A stretch of DNA of 64,000 nucleotides from Thermoanaerobaculia bacterium (GTDB lineage Bacteria; Acidobacteriota; Thermoanaerobaculia; UBA5066): assembly GCA_963816185.1 (NCBI GenBank), contig CAWFJJ010000028.1, forward strand, positions 288,001 to 352,000, given 5' to 3'. Shown here piece after piece: positions 22,852-34,033 of the stretch. Position 1 is the stretch's first letter; every line of letters begins with the position of its first letter. A model generated the notes under the pieces. That model searched no databases. It was not told the DNA's origin and worked only from the letters and a program-made list of their open reading frames with translations. A program made the translations under genes and the position numbers.

Positions 22852-23322
22852 ATGAAAGACTCCATCTCATTCCGGCTCAATGGGAAATCGATCCGGCTCG
22901 ACGTCGACGGCGACCGCTCGCTCCTGTGGGTTCTGCGCACCGACCTCAGCCTCACGGGAACGAAGTTCGGGTGCGGCGCGAGCCTCTGCGGCGCATGCAC
23001 CGTGGTCGTCGGCAAAGAGGCGGTCCGCTCGTGCCTGCTGCCCGTCAAGGCCGTCCGCGGCAAGGATGTCACGACAATCGAGGGGCTGGAGAGGGACGGA
23101 AGGCTCCATCCTCTCCAGGAGGCCTTCGCGGACACCGGAGGGCTGCAGTGCGGCTTCTGCACGCCCGGGATGATCATGAACGCCTACGCCCTCCTGCTGA
23201 AGAACCCGAAGCCCTCCCGGCCCCAGATCGTCGCGGGGATGGAGGACAACCTCTGCCGCTGCGCGGCCCACCACCGGATCGTCCAGGCCATCGAGCGCGC
23301 CGCCGCGGGAGGCGCGGCGTGA
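22852..23322 (+). CDS. (2Fe-2S) small subunit of a xanthine-dehydrogenase-family Mo-hydroxylase (IorA/CoxS-like)
   Basis: GTKFGCG..LCGACTV, TTIEGL, QCGFCTPG, NLCRC. Confidence 0.92.
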   Translation: MKDSISFRLNGKSIRLDVDGDRSLLWVLRTDLSLTGTKFGCGASLCGACTVVVGKEAVRSCLLPVKAVRGKDVTTIEGLERDGRLHPLQEAFADTGGLQCGFCTPGMIMNAYALLLKNPKPSRPQIVAGMEDNLCRCAAHHRIVQAIERAAAGGAA

Positions 23323-25457
23323 GCGCCGTCGCCTCTCCCCTGAGCCGCCGCGACTTCGTCCGGCTCCTCGGTGGCGGAATCATCGTGCTCTTCAACGTCG
23401 ACGTGTCGGACCTCATGGGGCAGGAGGCCCGCACGAGGGGCTACCCGACCGACTTCAACGCCTACCTGAGGATCGCGGCAGACGGCCGCGTCACGGTCTA
23501 CTCCGGGAAGATCGAGATGGGGCAGGGCATCGTCACGTCGCTCGCGCAGATGGCCGCGGACGAGCTCTCCGTGTCCCTGGATTCCATCGACATGGTCATG
23601 GGGGACACGGCCCTCTGCCCGTTCGACAACGGAACGTACGGCTCCATGTCCACCCGTTTCTTCGGCCCGGCCCTGCGCGCGGCGGCGGCCGAGGCGAAGG
23701 CCGTCCTGCTCACGCTCGCCTCCGAGCGACTCGGGACGCCTCGCGCTGCGCTTCGCGTCGAGGACGGCGTGGTGTTCGTGGCCTCGAGCCCGAAGGTCCG
23801 CGTCACATTCGGCCGGCTCGCGAACGGCCGGAAGATCGTCCGCAAGCTGGATGGCAAGGCGGCGACGAAGTCCGTCTCCGAGTTCCGCGTGATGGGAAGG
23901 CCGGAGAAGCGGCGCGACGCGCGCGCGAAGGTGACGGGCAAGGCCCTGTATGCCGGGGACGTCCGCCTGCCGGGGATGTTGTACGCGAAGGTCCTCCGCC
24001 CGCCGGCCCACGGCGCCGCGCTGAAGAGAGTCGACACGTCCGCGGCCTCGCGCGTGCCGGGCGTCGTGGTCGTGCACGAGGGCGGGATGGTCGCCGCGCT
24101 GGCCCCCGATCCCGAGACCGCCGAGAAGGCCCTCGGCCTCGTGAAGTCCGACTGGGACGTCCCGAAGCCCGCCTTCGACGACCGGACCGTCTTCGCGCAC
24201 CTCCTCTCGGTGGCGGGCGTTGGCGAGGAGAGGGAGAAGAAGGGGAGTCTCGCCGACGGCGAGAAGGCGTCCGCCGCGCTCTTCGAGGAGCAGTACGTGA
24301 ACGGCTACGGCGCGCACGCGGCCATCGAGACGCACACTGCGCTCGCCCGCCTCGAGGGGGGGACGATGACGGTCTGGGCCTCGACGCAGACGCCGTTCCC
24401 GAACCAGCAGGCGATCGCGCAGGCCATCGGCTTTGCGAAGGAGAACGTCCGCGTCATCACCCCCTTCGTGGGCGGCGCTTTCGGCGGCAAGAGCGGCGGC
24501 GGCCAGCAGGCGATCGAGGCGGCGACGCTCGCGAAGGCGACCGGCAAACCGGTCCAGGTGTGCTGGAGCCGGGCCGAGGAGTTCTTCCTCGACGCGTTCC
24601 GGCCGGCGGCGGTCGTGAGGATCCGATCGGGACTCGACGGCGCGGGGCGGATCTCCCTGTGGGACTACCAGGTCTACGCCGCGGGATCGCGCGGCGCCGA
24701 GCAGTTCTACGACGTCCCGCACAACCTCGTCCGCACGTACGGGCGCTGGGGAGGCGACACGCCGAAGATGCACCTGTTCGCCACCGGTCCGTGGCGCGCG
24801 CCCGGCGCCAACCTCAATGTCTTCGCGCGGGAATCGCACCTCGACGTCATGGCGGCGAAGGCCAAGGTGGATCCGCTCGAGTTCCGGCTGAACAACACGT
24901 CCGACAAACGCATGCGGCGCGTGCTTGAAACGGTCGCCAGCCGGTTCGGCTGGAAGAAGGCAGCGGGGCCGAGCGGCCGCGGCGTCGGGGTGGCCTGCGG
25001 GATCGACGCCGGAACGTACGTCGCCCTGATGGCCGAGGTGAAGGTCGACGCCGCGACCGGACGCATCCGCGTCGCGCGGATTGCCTGCGCACAGGACATG
25101 GGCGTCGTGATCAACCCCGACGGCGCGTCGATGCAGATGGAAGGCTGCATCATGATGGGCCTCGGGTACGCGCTCTCGGAGGAGGTCCGCTTCGACGGCG
25201 GACGGATCCTCACGCGGAACTTCGACACCTACGAGCTGCCGCGGTTCTCCGGAATGCCCCCGCTCGACACCGTCCTCGTGAAGAACGACGAGCTGACGCC
25301 GCAGGGAGGCGGCGAGCCGGCCATCGTCCCGGTCGGGGCGGTCGTCGCGAACGCGGTGTTCGACGCCACCGGCGCCCGCCTGAACGAGATGCCGATGACC
25401 GCCGAGCGGGTCAAGAAAGCGCTGGACGAGGTCAGATCCCCAGGTAAGCCTTCTTGA
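23319..25457 (+). CDS. Molybdopterin-binding large subunit (IorB-like)
   Basis: GTG overlaps small-subunit stop; Tat-like SRRDFV, GKIEMGQG, GGAFGGK, WRAPG, GGGEP, ANAVFDATG. Confidence 0.9.
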   Translation: MSAVASPLSRRDFVRLLGGGIIVLFNVDVSDLMGQEARTRGYPTDFNAYLRIAADGRVTVYSGKIEMGQGIVTSLAQMAADELSVSLDSIDMVMGDTALCPFDNGTYGSMSTRFFGPALRAAAAEAKAVLLTLASERLGTPRAALRVEDGVVFVASSPKVRVTFGRLANGRKIVRKLDGKAATKSVSEFRVMGRPEKRRDARAKVTGKALYAGDVRLPGMLYAKVLRPPAHGAALKRVDTSAASRVPGVVVVHEGGMVAALAPDPETAEKALGLVKSDWDVPKPAFDDRTVFAHLLSVAGVGEEREKKGSLADGEKASAALFEEQYVNGYGAHAAIETHTALARLEGGTMTVWASTQTPFPNQQAIAQAIGFAKENVRVITPFVGGAFGGKSGGGQQAIEAATLAKATGKPVQVCWSRAEEFFLDAFRPAAVVRIRSGLDGAGRISLWDYQVYAAGSRGAEQFYDVPHNLVRTYGRWGGDTPKMHLFATGPWRAPGANLNVFARESHLDVMAAKAKVDPLEFRLNNTSDKRMRRVLETVASRFGWKKAAGPSGRGVGVACGIDAGTYVALMAEVKVDAATGRIRVARIACAQDMGVVINPDGASMQMEGCIMMGLGYALSEEVRFDGGRILTRNFDTYELPRFSGMPPLDTVLVKNDELTPQGGGEPAIVPVGAVVANAVFDATGARLNEMPMTAERVKKALDEVRSPGKPS

Positions 25458-26136
25458 CGTGCTCGTCGTTGAGGAGATCCTTGCCCTTGCCTTCGAGCAC
25501 GATGCGCCCGTTGCCGAGCACGTACGCCCGGTCCGCGACCTGGAGCGTCTTGAAGACGTTCTGCTCGACGAGGAGGACCGTCACGCCCGCGTCGTGCACG
25601 TCCTTGATGACCTTGAAGATGTCGGCGACGAGGATCGGGGAGAGGCCGAGGGACGGCTCGTCCAGCATGAGGAGGCGCGGCTTCGACATGAGCCCGCGGG
25701 CGATCGCGGCCATCTGCTGCTCGCCGCCCGAGAGCGTGCCCGCATGCTGCTTCTCGCGCTCCTTGAGGCGCGGGAAGATCGTGAAGACTTTCTCCAGCAT
25801 CTCGGGCCGCGTCTTCTTCGCCTCGGGCGACAGCGCTCCGAGGAGCAGGTTCTCCTTCACGGTCATCTCCGGGAACAGCCGGCGCGCCTCGGGCACGTGC
25901 GCGATGCCGAGAGACACGAGCTCGTGGGGCGCCCGCGTGTGGATCGGGGCCCCCTCGTAGTAGACGCCGCCTTTTCGCGGCTTCAGGAGGCTCGAGATCG
26001 TCGCGAGCGTCGTGCTCTTGCCCGATCCGTTGGCGCCGATGAGAGCGACGATCTCGCCCTGTTTCACCTCGAAGGACACGTCCCAGAGGACCTGCACGTC
26101 GCCGTATGCGACGTCGATCCCCCGGACCTCAAGCAT
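25432..26136 (-). CDS. livF: Branched-chain amino acid ABC ATPase
   Basis: GANGSGKST, LSGGEQQM, LDEPSLGL, LLVEQN, AYLG. Confidence 0.92.
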   Translation of the reverse strand: MLEVRGIDVAYGDVQVLWDVSFEVKQGEIVALIGANGSGKSTTLATISSLLKPRKGGVYYEGAPIHTRAPHELVSLGIAHVPEARRLFPEMTVKENLLLGALSPEAKKTRPEMLEKVFTIFPRLKEREKQHAGTLSGGEQQMAAIARGLMSKPRLLMLDEPSLGLSPILVADIFKVIKDVHDAGVTVLLVEQNVFKTLQVADRAYVLGNGRIVLEGKGKDLLNDEHVKKAYLGI

Positions 26137-26848
26137 TCGCCACTCCCAGGTACGCGTCGATGACCTGCTGGTTGTCGGCCACCTCGCGCGGCGTGCCCTC
26201 GGCGATCTTCTCGCCGTAGTTGATGCAGACGATCCGGTGCGAGATTGCCATGATGACGCGCATGTTGTGCTCGATGACGAGGATCGTGATGCCGGTCTCG
26301 TGGATCTTCTTCACGATCGCGATCGTCTTCTCGACTTCCGACGGGTTCAGGCCGGCGAAGTTCTCGTCGAGGAGCAGGATGTCCGGCTTCGTCGCGAGGG
26401 CGCGGGCCATTTCGAGGCGCTTTCGCATCCCGAGCGGCAGGCTCCCGGCGATGCGGTCGCGCCACGCATCCATCTCCGTGAAGCCGATCGCTTCCAGAGC
26501 CATGGTGCGTGCTTCCTCGCGGCGGTCGGTGCGGCAGAACGCGGAGACCATGACGTTCTCGAGGACCGTCAGTCGGGCCAGCGGCTTGACGACCTGGAAG
26601 GTGCGTGCGAGTCCGCGCCGGCAGATGGTGTGCGGCCTCAAACCGTCGATCCTCTTTCCCTTGAAGAGGATCGTCCCGCCGGTCGGAGCGTAGTAGCCGT
26701 TGATCAGGTTGAAGATCGTCGTCTTTCCGGCGCCGTTCGGTCCGATGAGGCCGAGGATCTCGCCTCCCGCGATCGCGAAGCTCATGTGTCCGACGGCCTG
26801 AAGGCCGCCGAATCGCTTCGTCACGTCCTTCAGCTCCAGGAGGCTCAC
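26129..26848 (-). CDS. livG: Branched-chain amino acid ABC ATPase
   Basis: KRFGGL, GPNGAGKTT, ARTFQ, IEHNM. Confidence 0.9.
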   Translation of the reverse strand: MSLLELKDVTKRFGGLQAVGHMSFAIAGGEILGLIGPNGAGKTTIFNLINGYYAPTGGTILFKGKRIDGLRPHTICRRGLARTFQVVKPLARLTVLENVMVSAFCRTDRREEARTMALEAIGFTEMDAWRDRIAGSLPLGMRKRLEMARALATKPDILLLDENFAGLNPSEVEKTIAIVKKIHETGITILVIEHNMRVIMAISHRIVCINYGEKIAEGTPREVADNQQVIDAYLGVANA

Positions 26849-27795
26849 GTCGTTTCCGCGCCTGCCGGCTCGCGCCGGCGGCTTCTTCGCGCGACCCGCT
26901 CGTTCCAGGTCCCGACGATCCCGTTCGGAAAGAAGACGATGAGGATGATGATGAGAATGCCGAAGAAAACGAGATGTCCCGACTTCAGCCACACGCGGAA
27001 GATCTCGGAGACGAGGATGTAGAGAACCGCTCCGACGGCGGGTCCCGACGCGGTCGCGACGCCTCCCAGCATCGTGACGAGAATCATCATGATCGAGATG
27101 TCGTGGATCGAGAACACGATGCCGGGATCGATGAAGCCGAGATAATTCATGTAGAAGGCGCCCGCGACGCCCGTGAAGAAGGCGCTGATCAGAAGCGAGT
27201 AGAGCTTGTATCGCGTCGGATCGATTCCGAGCGACTCGGCGGCGTCCTGGTCCTCGCGGATCGCGAGGAAGTAATAGCCGAGCCTGCTCCGCATGACGTA
27301 ATGAATGACCGCGAAATTCAGGACGGCGATGGCGAGGATGATGTAGTAGTAGTAGGCCTTGGTGTTGAAGGCCGGGATCAGCAGGATCCCTTCGGCGCCG
27401 TTCGTGAGCTCCTTCCAGTTCACGGCGACGAGCCTCAGAACCTCCGCCAGAGCCAGGACCGACAGCGCGAAGTACGGGCCTCGGAGCCGGAAGCAGATCC
27501 AGCCGATCAGGGCCGCGGCGATCGCAGCCGTCAAGCCGCCCAGAAAGAGGCCTGCCCACGCGGTGGCGGGCGGCGCGCCTCCCTTGATCAGGATTCCCGC
27601 CGTGTACGCGCCGATTCCGAAGAACGCGGCATGCCCGAAAGAGACCTGCCCGGTGTACCCGCCGAGGAGATTCCAGCTCTGGCCGAGGACCACCCACATG
27701 AGGACCAGGATCAGCATGTGAAGGATGTAGGGATTTCGCGTCGCCAACGGGACGAGGAGGACCGCCGCGGCCCCGAGGATCCGGACCGCCTTCAC
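26845..27795 (-). CDS. livM: Branched-chain amino acid ABC permease
   Basis: GYTGQVSFGH, RLRGPYFA, AIREDQDAA. Confidence 0.9.
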   Translation of the reverse strand: MKAVRILGAAAVLLVPLATRNPYILHMLILVLMWVVLGQSWNLLGGYTGQVSFGHAAFFGIGAYTAGILIKGGAPPATAWAGLFLGGLTAAIAAALIGWICFRLRGPYFALSVLALAEVLRLVAVNWKELTNGAEGILLIPAFNTKAYYYYIILAIAVLNFAVIHYVMRSRLGYYFLAIREDQDAAESLGIDPTRYKLYSLLISAFFTGVAGAFYMNYLGFIDPGIVFSIHDISIMMILVTMLGGVATASGPAVGAVLYILVSEIFRVWLKSGHLVFFGILIIILIVFFPNGIVGTWNERVARRSRRREPAGAETT

Positions 27796-28715
27796 GCGCG
27801 CCCCTTTCCGAGCAGGCCCTTCGGAAGGAAGATCAGAACGAGGACGAAGATGATGAAGCCGAACGCGTCCTTGTACCCGAGGCTGATGTAGACCGAGCCG
27901 AGCGACTCGGCGAGCCCGAGAACCACGCCGCCGAGGACGGCTCCCGGGATGTTTCCCATCCCGCCGAGGACCGTGATGATGAAAGCTTTCAGCGTGAACG
28001 GGCCGCCGATCTGCGGGAACAGGTAGTACACGGGGACGAGCAGGGCGCCAGCCGCGCCGACGAGCGCGGATCCCAGCCCGAACGTGACGTAGGTCATCCG
28101 CTTCGTGTTGACACCCATCAGGGCGGCGGCACGCTTGTCCTGGGCCGTCGCCCGGATCATCCGGCCGAGGTCCGTCCGCCCGAGGAACAGGAACAGCGCC
28201 GAGCCGAGAGCGAGGGCGATGCCGAACGCCACGAACATCGGCACGCTGAAGGACAGAGAGATCGTCTGCCCGCCCAGCTTCAGGTCCCAGTAGATCGTCT
28301 TGTCCGCATAGGACACGGGGACCGACCGGTAGTTCGCGCTGAAGAAGAGGAGAGCGAGGTTGGACAGGACCATGCCGATGCCGACCGTCAGCAGCACCTG
28401 GTTCTCCGGAAGGATGGAGTCGACCTCCATGACGGGGGCGACGAGGTACTTCTGCAGGAGAGCGCCGAGGAAGAACAGGGCCGGGAAGACGATCAGGATC
28501 GAGACGTACGGATCCAGCTTCAGCAGCGTGAACGCCCAGAAGGTGATGTACATCCCGACCATCATCAGCTCGCCGTGGGCGAGGTTGATGATCTTCATCA
28601 CGCCCATGATCAGGGACATTCCGAGCCCGATCAGGGCGTAGAGCCCTCCCAGGAGAACTCCCGAGATCAACACCTGCAGGAGGAGCTCTATTTGCCCGGC
28701 GACCTGAGGCGACAT
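27792..28715 (-). CDS. livH: Branched-chain amino acid ABC permease
   Basis: GVMKIINLAHGE, TDLGRMIRA, VLGGMG, PKGLLG. Confidence 0.9.
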   Translation of the reverse strand: MSPQVAGQIELLLQVLISGVLLGGLYALIGLGMSLIMGVMKIINLAHGELMMVGMYITFWAFTLLKLDPYVSILIVFPALFFLGALLQKYLVAPVMEVDSILPENQVLLTVGIGMVLSNLALLFFSANYRSVPVSYADKTIYWDLKLGGQTISLSFSVPMFVAFGIALALGSALFLFLGRTDLGRMIRATAQDKRAAALMGVNTKRMTYVTFGLGSALVGAAGALLVPVYYLFPQIGGPFTLKAFIITVLGGMGNIPGAVLGGVVLGLAESLGSVYISLGYKDAFGFIIFVLVLIFLPKGLLGKGRA

Positions 28716-28724
28716 CGAGGGCTT

Positions 28725-29927
28725 CTATTTCCGATCGCGCCAGTGAGGAACGGGGAAGACGAACTTCGCGGAGGCGCCCTCTTTCGGCCAGATCGTCTCG
28801 AACTTCCTGTGGATGACCTGGAGGAGGAGCGTATCCATCTTGTTCTGGTTCGTGAACTTGTCCCAGGAGACGAACTTCACCGGGCCGAACGCGGTCGTGA
28901 TGTTCGTCGCGGCCAGCGCGGCGCGCAGGTCGTCGGGGGTCCAGGACTTCGCCCGCTTCAGCGTGTCGGCGAGGACGTAGGCGGCGGCATACGCTTCCGC
29001 GCCGTGGTAGTCAGGCTCCTTCCCGAACTTCTTCTTGAAGTTGTCGAAGAACTCCTTCGCGCCCGGGTACTTCGCCTGGGGAGTCCAAAGCGTGCCCGAC
29101 ATGACGTCTTCGGACGCATCCCCCGCGTTCTGCAGGAACTCGGGGAGCGTGAAGCCGGCCGCGCCGCCGATGAAGGCCTGCGGGTTGATGTCGAGCTCCT
29201 TGGACTGCCGCATGAGGAGCGAGGCGTCCATCAGGTACGAAACCATGTAGATGATGTCGGGCCGGAGGGACTTGACCTTCTGGAGGATCGGCTTGAAGTC
29301 CACGGCGCCGGCCTGGTAGCCCTCGTAGAGGAGGACCTTGATCCCTTTGGCGTCGGCGTACTCCTTCATCGCCTTCGAGGTGGAGGTCCCGAAATCGGTG
29401 TTCTCGTACAGGAGGGCGATGCTCTTGGGCTTGGCCACCTGCTCGAAGAAGCTGAAGATCCCCATGTTGTAAAGGCTCGACGGCGGGTTGAGGCGATAGA
29501 CGTACTTCCAGCCCTGCTGCGTGATCTTGTCTGCGGCGCCCGTCACGACGAGGTAGGGCACCTTGTACTTCTCGGCGATTCCCGCCACGGCGTAGCTGCA
29601 CTGGCTCGAGTACTCACCGACGACGATCGGGTACTTGTCGATCGTGATGAACTTCTCGACGATCGCGGTGGCCGTCTCGGGCTTTCCGCCCGAGTCCTGG
29701 ATGTCGAGGGCCAGCTTCGTGCCCTTCGCGCCGGCCTTCGCGTTGATCTCGTCCACGGCCATCTCGTAGGCCTGCTTCTCCATCTCGCCGAACTTGGCTT
29801 CCGCGCCCGTCAGCGGCAGGGGCACGCCGACCTTGAAGGTCTTGCCCTGGGCGAGCAGGGGAGAGGCGCTCAGTCCCGCGACGAGGAGCGCGAGCGTCCC
29901 GAGTTGCATGGAGCGTTTCGTCATCAT
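28725..29927 (-). CDS. Amino acid ABC substrate-binding protein (LivJ/K family)
   Basis: Signal peptide, PLTG, GEYSS, YENTDFG, FGPVKF. Confidence 0.88.
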   Translation of the reverse strand: MMTKRSMQLGTLALLVAGLSASPLLAQGKTFKVGVPLPLTGAEAKFGEMEKQAYEMAVDEINAKAGAKGTKLALDIQDSGGKPETATAIVEKFITIDKYPIVVGEYSSQCSYAVAGIAEKYKVPYLVVTGAADKITQQGWKYVYRLNPPSSLYNMGIFSFFEQVAKPKSIALLYENTDFGTSTSKAMKEYADAKGIKVLLYEGYQAGAVDFKPILQKVKSLRPDIIYMVSYLMDASLLMRQSKELDINPQAFIGGAAGFTLPEFLQNAGDASEDVMSGTLWTPQAKYPGAKEFFDNFKKKFGKEPDYHGAEAYAAAYVLADTLKRAKSWTPDDLRAALAATNITTAFGPVKFVSWDKFTNQNKMDTLLLQVIHRKFETIWPKEGASAKFVFPVPHWRDRK

Positions 29928-30029
29928 CCACCTCCATTAGTCAGTTTCGTACGTGTGGGCATCTTTGGCCGGTGGGACGTGACTCTTGCGATGATTCGGA
30001 TGAACTAATCTCGGGTGGAGGTGGCTTTC

Positions 30030-30839
30030 ATGCTGTCCGACAAGCGTATCGCGATCATCGGATCCGGGACCATGGGACGGACCATCGCCTCCGGACTGCT
30101 GAAGTCCGGGAAAGTGAAACCCTCCCAGGTGCGCGCGACGGCGCGGACGAGGGCGAGCGCCGAGAAGCTCGCAATGGAGCTCTCCGTCGACTGCACGACC
30201 GTGAATGCCGAGGCCGTCGAGGGGGCCGATCTCGTGATCCTCTGCGTCAAGCCGAAGGACGTCGCGAAGGCCGCCGACAGCCTCCGCGGCCGCGGGAGCC
30301 ACGCGCTTGTTCTCTCGATCGCGGCCGGGATCAGCACGGCTTTCCTGGAAGGGCTGTTCGAGGCCGGAACGCCCGTGCTCCGGGCCATGCCGAACACGCC
30401 GTGCCTCATCGGAAAAGGCATGACGGTCCTCGCGAAAGGGAGTCATGCCACCGACGACCACATCGCGCTCGCCACGGAAGTCTTCGCGCCCCTGGGCCGC
30501 GTGCTGGAGCTGGAGGAGAAGCACATGGACACCGTGACGGGCCTCTCGGCGAGCGGCCCGGCCTTCATCTACATCATCATCGAAGCGCTCGCGGACGGCG
30601 GCGTCATGCGCGGGCTGCCGCGGAACGTCGCGACGACCCTCGTCGCCCAGATGACGCTCGGCGCGGCGGAGATGGTTCTGACGACGGGCCGTCATCCCGC
30701 GGCGCTCAAGGACGACGTCACGACTCCGGCCGGGTGCACGATCGCCGGCATCCTCGCGCTCGAAGACGGGCGCATCCGGTCGGTCCTCGCGCGCGGCGTC
30801 GAGACCGCGGCGCGGGTCGCCGGGGAGCTTGGAAAGTAG
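30030..30839 (+). CDS. proC: Pyrroline-5-carboxylate reductase
   Basis: IIGSGTMG, LCVKP, SIAAG, RAMPNTP, SASGPAF, VTTPAGCT. Confidence 0.93.
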   Translation: MLSDKRIAIIGSGTMGRTIASGLLKSGKVKPSQVRATARTRASAEKLAMELSVDCTTVNAEAVEGADLVILCVKPKDVAKAADSLRGRGSHALVLSIAAGISTAFLEGLFEAGTPVLRAMPNTPCLIGKGMTVLAKGSHATDDHIALATEVFAPLGRVLELEEKHMDTVTGLSASGPAFIYIIIEALADGGVMRGLPRNVATTLVAQMTLGAAEMVLTTGRHPAALKDDVTTPAGCTIAGILALEDGRIRSVLARGVETAARVAGELGK

Positions 30840-30842
30840 GAC

Positions 30843-31490
30843 CTAGTCCGTCTCGACGGCGACGCCGCTCCAGACCTTCAGGAGCTCGGCCCGGAGGACC
30901 TCGGGAACGGGGCCCTCGACGCGCATGACGAGCTCGCGCTTCCCCGGCGGGACCTTCGAGGTCGACGACAAGATCGAGAAGATCGTTCCGCCCTGCGCGC
31001 GGATCGCATCGGCGACCTCGCGGATGCTGCCCGCCCGGTCGGGGATCACGAGGTTCACGCGCGTGCGCTTCTTCGAGGCGCCCGTGATGTCGACGAGCGC
31101 GCGAAACACGTCGCCCTCGGTCAGGATTCCGACGAGGTTTCCCTTGCCGTCGAGCACGGGCAGGCCCTCCACTCGTTTCTCGAGCATGAGCCCCGCGGCG
31201 TTTTCGATGGGGGTCTCGGGTGCGACGGTCCAGGGCTTCTTCGTCATGATGTCGGCGATCTTCAGCTTGTCGAGCACCGCATGAAGCTCCCAGATGTCGA
31301 GCGTCGTCGCCCGCGAGGGCGAGACGTCCTTCAGGTCACGGTCGGAGACGATCCCCACGAGCTTTCCGTTCCCGTTCACGATCGGGATGCGGCGGATGCG
31401 TTTCTCCTTCATGAGGTGGATCGCGGTCGAGATCGAGTCGGTCGGCTGGAGGGTGAAGACCTTCGGGGACATCCACTTCGAGACGCGCAT
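30843..31490 (-). CDS. CBS-pair plus ACT domain protein (AcuB-like)
   Basis: KLVGIVSDRDLK.VSPS.ATTL, GILTEGD, PDRAG ACT start; GGAGG RBS. Confidence 0.85.
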   Translation of the reverse strand: MRVSKWMSPKVFTLQPTDSISTAIHLMKEKRIRRIPIVNGNGKLVGIVSDRDLKDVSPSRATTLDIWELHAVLDKLKIADIMTKKPWTVAPETPIENAAGLMLEKRVEGLPVLDGKGNLVGILTEGDVFRALVDITGASKKRTRVNLVIPDRAGSIREVADAIRAQGGTIFSILSSTSKVPPGKRELVMRVEGPVPEVLRAELLKVWSGVAVETD

Positions 31491-31564
31491 GGCGAACCTC
31501 CGTCGGCTCGTGAATTCAACCGGGAACGCGCGCACCGAGCGATGATTCCCCTGAATCAGGCGCC

Positions 31565-34022
31565 TTACCCGGTCACGTGTCCCGGCTCGGCTCCGGCGCG
31601 CCGGACGCCGAGTCCGAGCGCAGGCTCGACCTCTTCGGCGGGAGCAGGCCGGCCGAAGAGGAAGCCCTGGACGTCCGGGCAGCCCAGCGCGGCGAGGAGC
31701 GTGGCCTGCTCTTCCGTCTCGACGCCCTCGGCCGTCACGTCGAGGCCGAGGTTGGCCGCGATCGAGATGATCGTCGCCACGATGGCCTTGTCTTTGTCGT
31801 CATGGGTCATCCCGGCCACGAAGGACTGGTCGATCTTCAAGCGCCGGATGGGAAAGTGCTTGAGGTAGTTCAGCGAGGAGTGGCCGGTTCCGAAGTCGTC
31901 CATCGAAATCTGGACGCCGAATTCGGTCAGTTCGGTGAGGATCCGGCCCGTGTGCGTCAGGTCCTGCATGGCGATGCTCTCCGTGATCTCGAGCTCCAGC
32001 GAAGCCGGCGGGAGGCCCGTCTCCTCGACGATGAGCCGGACTGCCGCGGCGAAGTCGCGCTGGTGAAACTGGCGTGCCGACACGTTCACGGAGATGCGGA
32101 GCTTCGGGACCCCGCGAGCCTGCCACGACCGCGCCTGTTCGCACGCACGTCTCAGGACCCACTCACCCACGCGGCCGATGAGGCCGACATCCTCGGCGAG
32201 CGGAATGAACTCGCGAGGCGACAAAATGCCCCTCTCGGGGTGCTGCCAGCGGACGAGCGCTTCCACGCCGATGGGCGCCCGCGTGGCGAGGCACAGGATC
32301 GGCTGGTAATGAAGCACGAACTCGCCCCGGGGCAGGGCGCGCCTCAGCCCGCTCTCCATCGCGGCACGCTGCTGTGACTGCTCCTGCATCTTCCGTGTGA
32401 AGAACTGGAAGGTGTTGCGGCCGGTCTCCTTCGCGCGGTACATCGCGGTGTCCACGTTCGCCACGAGCATCTCGGCGTCTTCGCCGTCACCGGGGTAGAG
32501 GCCGATCCCGATGGACGCCTCGATGAACAGCTCGCGCTTCTGGATCAGGAACGGCTCGGACAGGACCTCCAGAATCTTGCGCGCCATGGTGGCGGCGTCG
32601 TTCTCCCGCGCGATGCCGTTCAGGAGAAGCAGAAACTCGTCCCCGCCCACGCGTGCCACGGTGTCGTCCGCCCGTATGCAGCGACGGAGACGGTCGGCGG
32701 CCTTGACGAGGAGCTCGTCGCCGGCCGAATGGCCGAGCGTGTCGTTCACGCGCTTGAAATGATCGAGGTCCAGGAACATCACCGCGAGCGACTGTCGCCG
32801 GCGGTGCGCGTGCAGGATCGCGAGGGAGAGCCGGTCGTTGAACAGCACCCGGTTCGGCAGGTCGGTCAGCGCATCATGATTCGCCTGGTGCCACCGCTGC
32901 TGCTCGGCGCGCTTACGGTCTGTGATGTCGATGAGGCTGCCTTCCATAACACTCTCGCCCCCGCCTTCCGGCTCGAGGAGGCTCTCGTTCGCGAGGACCC
33001 ATACCGTCGTGCCGTCCCGGCGCTTCAGGCAGAGCTCGAAATTGACGAGGACCCTCTGGTGCGAAAGCCGGGCCAGGAAGGACGCCCGATCGGAGGGCTC
33101 GGCATAAAGGTCGAGCGCGGAAACCTTGAGGACGTCCTCGCGGGAGGGATAGCCGAGGATCCGGGCGAAGGCTGAGTTGCAATCGAGGATCCTGCCGTCG
33201 AGAGTCGTCCGGAAAAGACCGGCCAGGTTTCGCTCGAAGAGCAGGCGGTAACGCTGTTCGGAGGAGCGGAGCGCCTCGTCGCGCCGGCGAAGCAGCCGCG
33301 CGATCAAGGCCGACGCGCCCACCGAAAGGGCCCCCAGAAGGCACGTCATGACCAGGATTGCGACGATCAGCCGGCCGCGAGCCCAGCGCGTGGTCTGACC
33401 GACGGCCGCGGAGAAGGCGTCCTCGAGGACGGTGGCGCGCTCGTTGAGGCGGTCGATCTCCCTCGCGAACGCCGCATGATCTGCCGGCGAGAGCGGCGCC
33501 TGCGCGCCGTGAATCCGCGTACCGAGGTCGAGCATCTCGTCGACGAGAAGGTCGCCGCGCTCCCAGGCTTCGATCGCGCGAGCGAACGCCGCAATGCCCT
33601 GGTAGCGGAGGAAGAGCCGGGCCATCTCGTCCACGCTGGACACGCTTGTTGCCGCCTTCGAGGAAGCCCTGCTGGGCGGCGTGCACGTCCGGCGAAGGTT
33701 GCTGCAGAGCGAGGCGTGCCTTCCGATCGCCGAGCGGCACGGCGAGCCGGCCGAGGAAACGGCGGTAATCGGCCTCGTCGCCGGAATCGAGGTAGCGCGA
33801 GAGCGCAAGAGAGGCGTCTTTCTGGCCTTTCGACCAGTGGGACTCGGCGCTCACGAACGCCTGAAGGCCGGCCAGGATGTTCAGTCCGGAGGTACCCAGC
33901 GCCACGAGGGAGCCGATGACGATCAGGAACAGAACGACCAGGATCGCGATCCAGCGCGTTACGGGGAGCGGCGCTTCGGGAGCGGCGCCCGCCCCCTTGC
34001 GACCCCGGGTCAAGATCGGCAC
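31565..34022 (-). CDS. Membrane-anchored PAS-GGDEF-EAL diguanylate cyclase/phosphodiesterase (one frameshift near 33640)
   Basis: Two TM segments around WSKGQKDA sensor region, PAS, HDALTDLPNR, RVGGDEF, VEALVRW, DDFGTG, EGVET. Confidence 0.9.
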
Positions 34023-34027
34023 GGGCA

Positions 34028-34033
34028 ATTATA
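34028..34033 (-). promoter_or_regulatory. Perfect TATAAT -10 box overlapping the ubiE stop, 5 nt upstream of the GGDEF-EAL GTG
   Basis: Minus strand reads tataat-tgccc-gtg with no Shine-Dalgarno. Confidence 0.5.

Noticed and set aside
25432-25457. Convergent 3' overlaps (also 35390-35439)
   Set aside because: Short tail-to-tail overlaps are common in compact high-GC genomes
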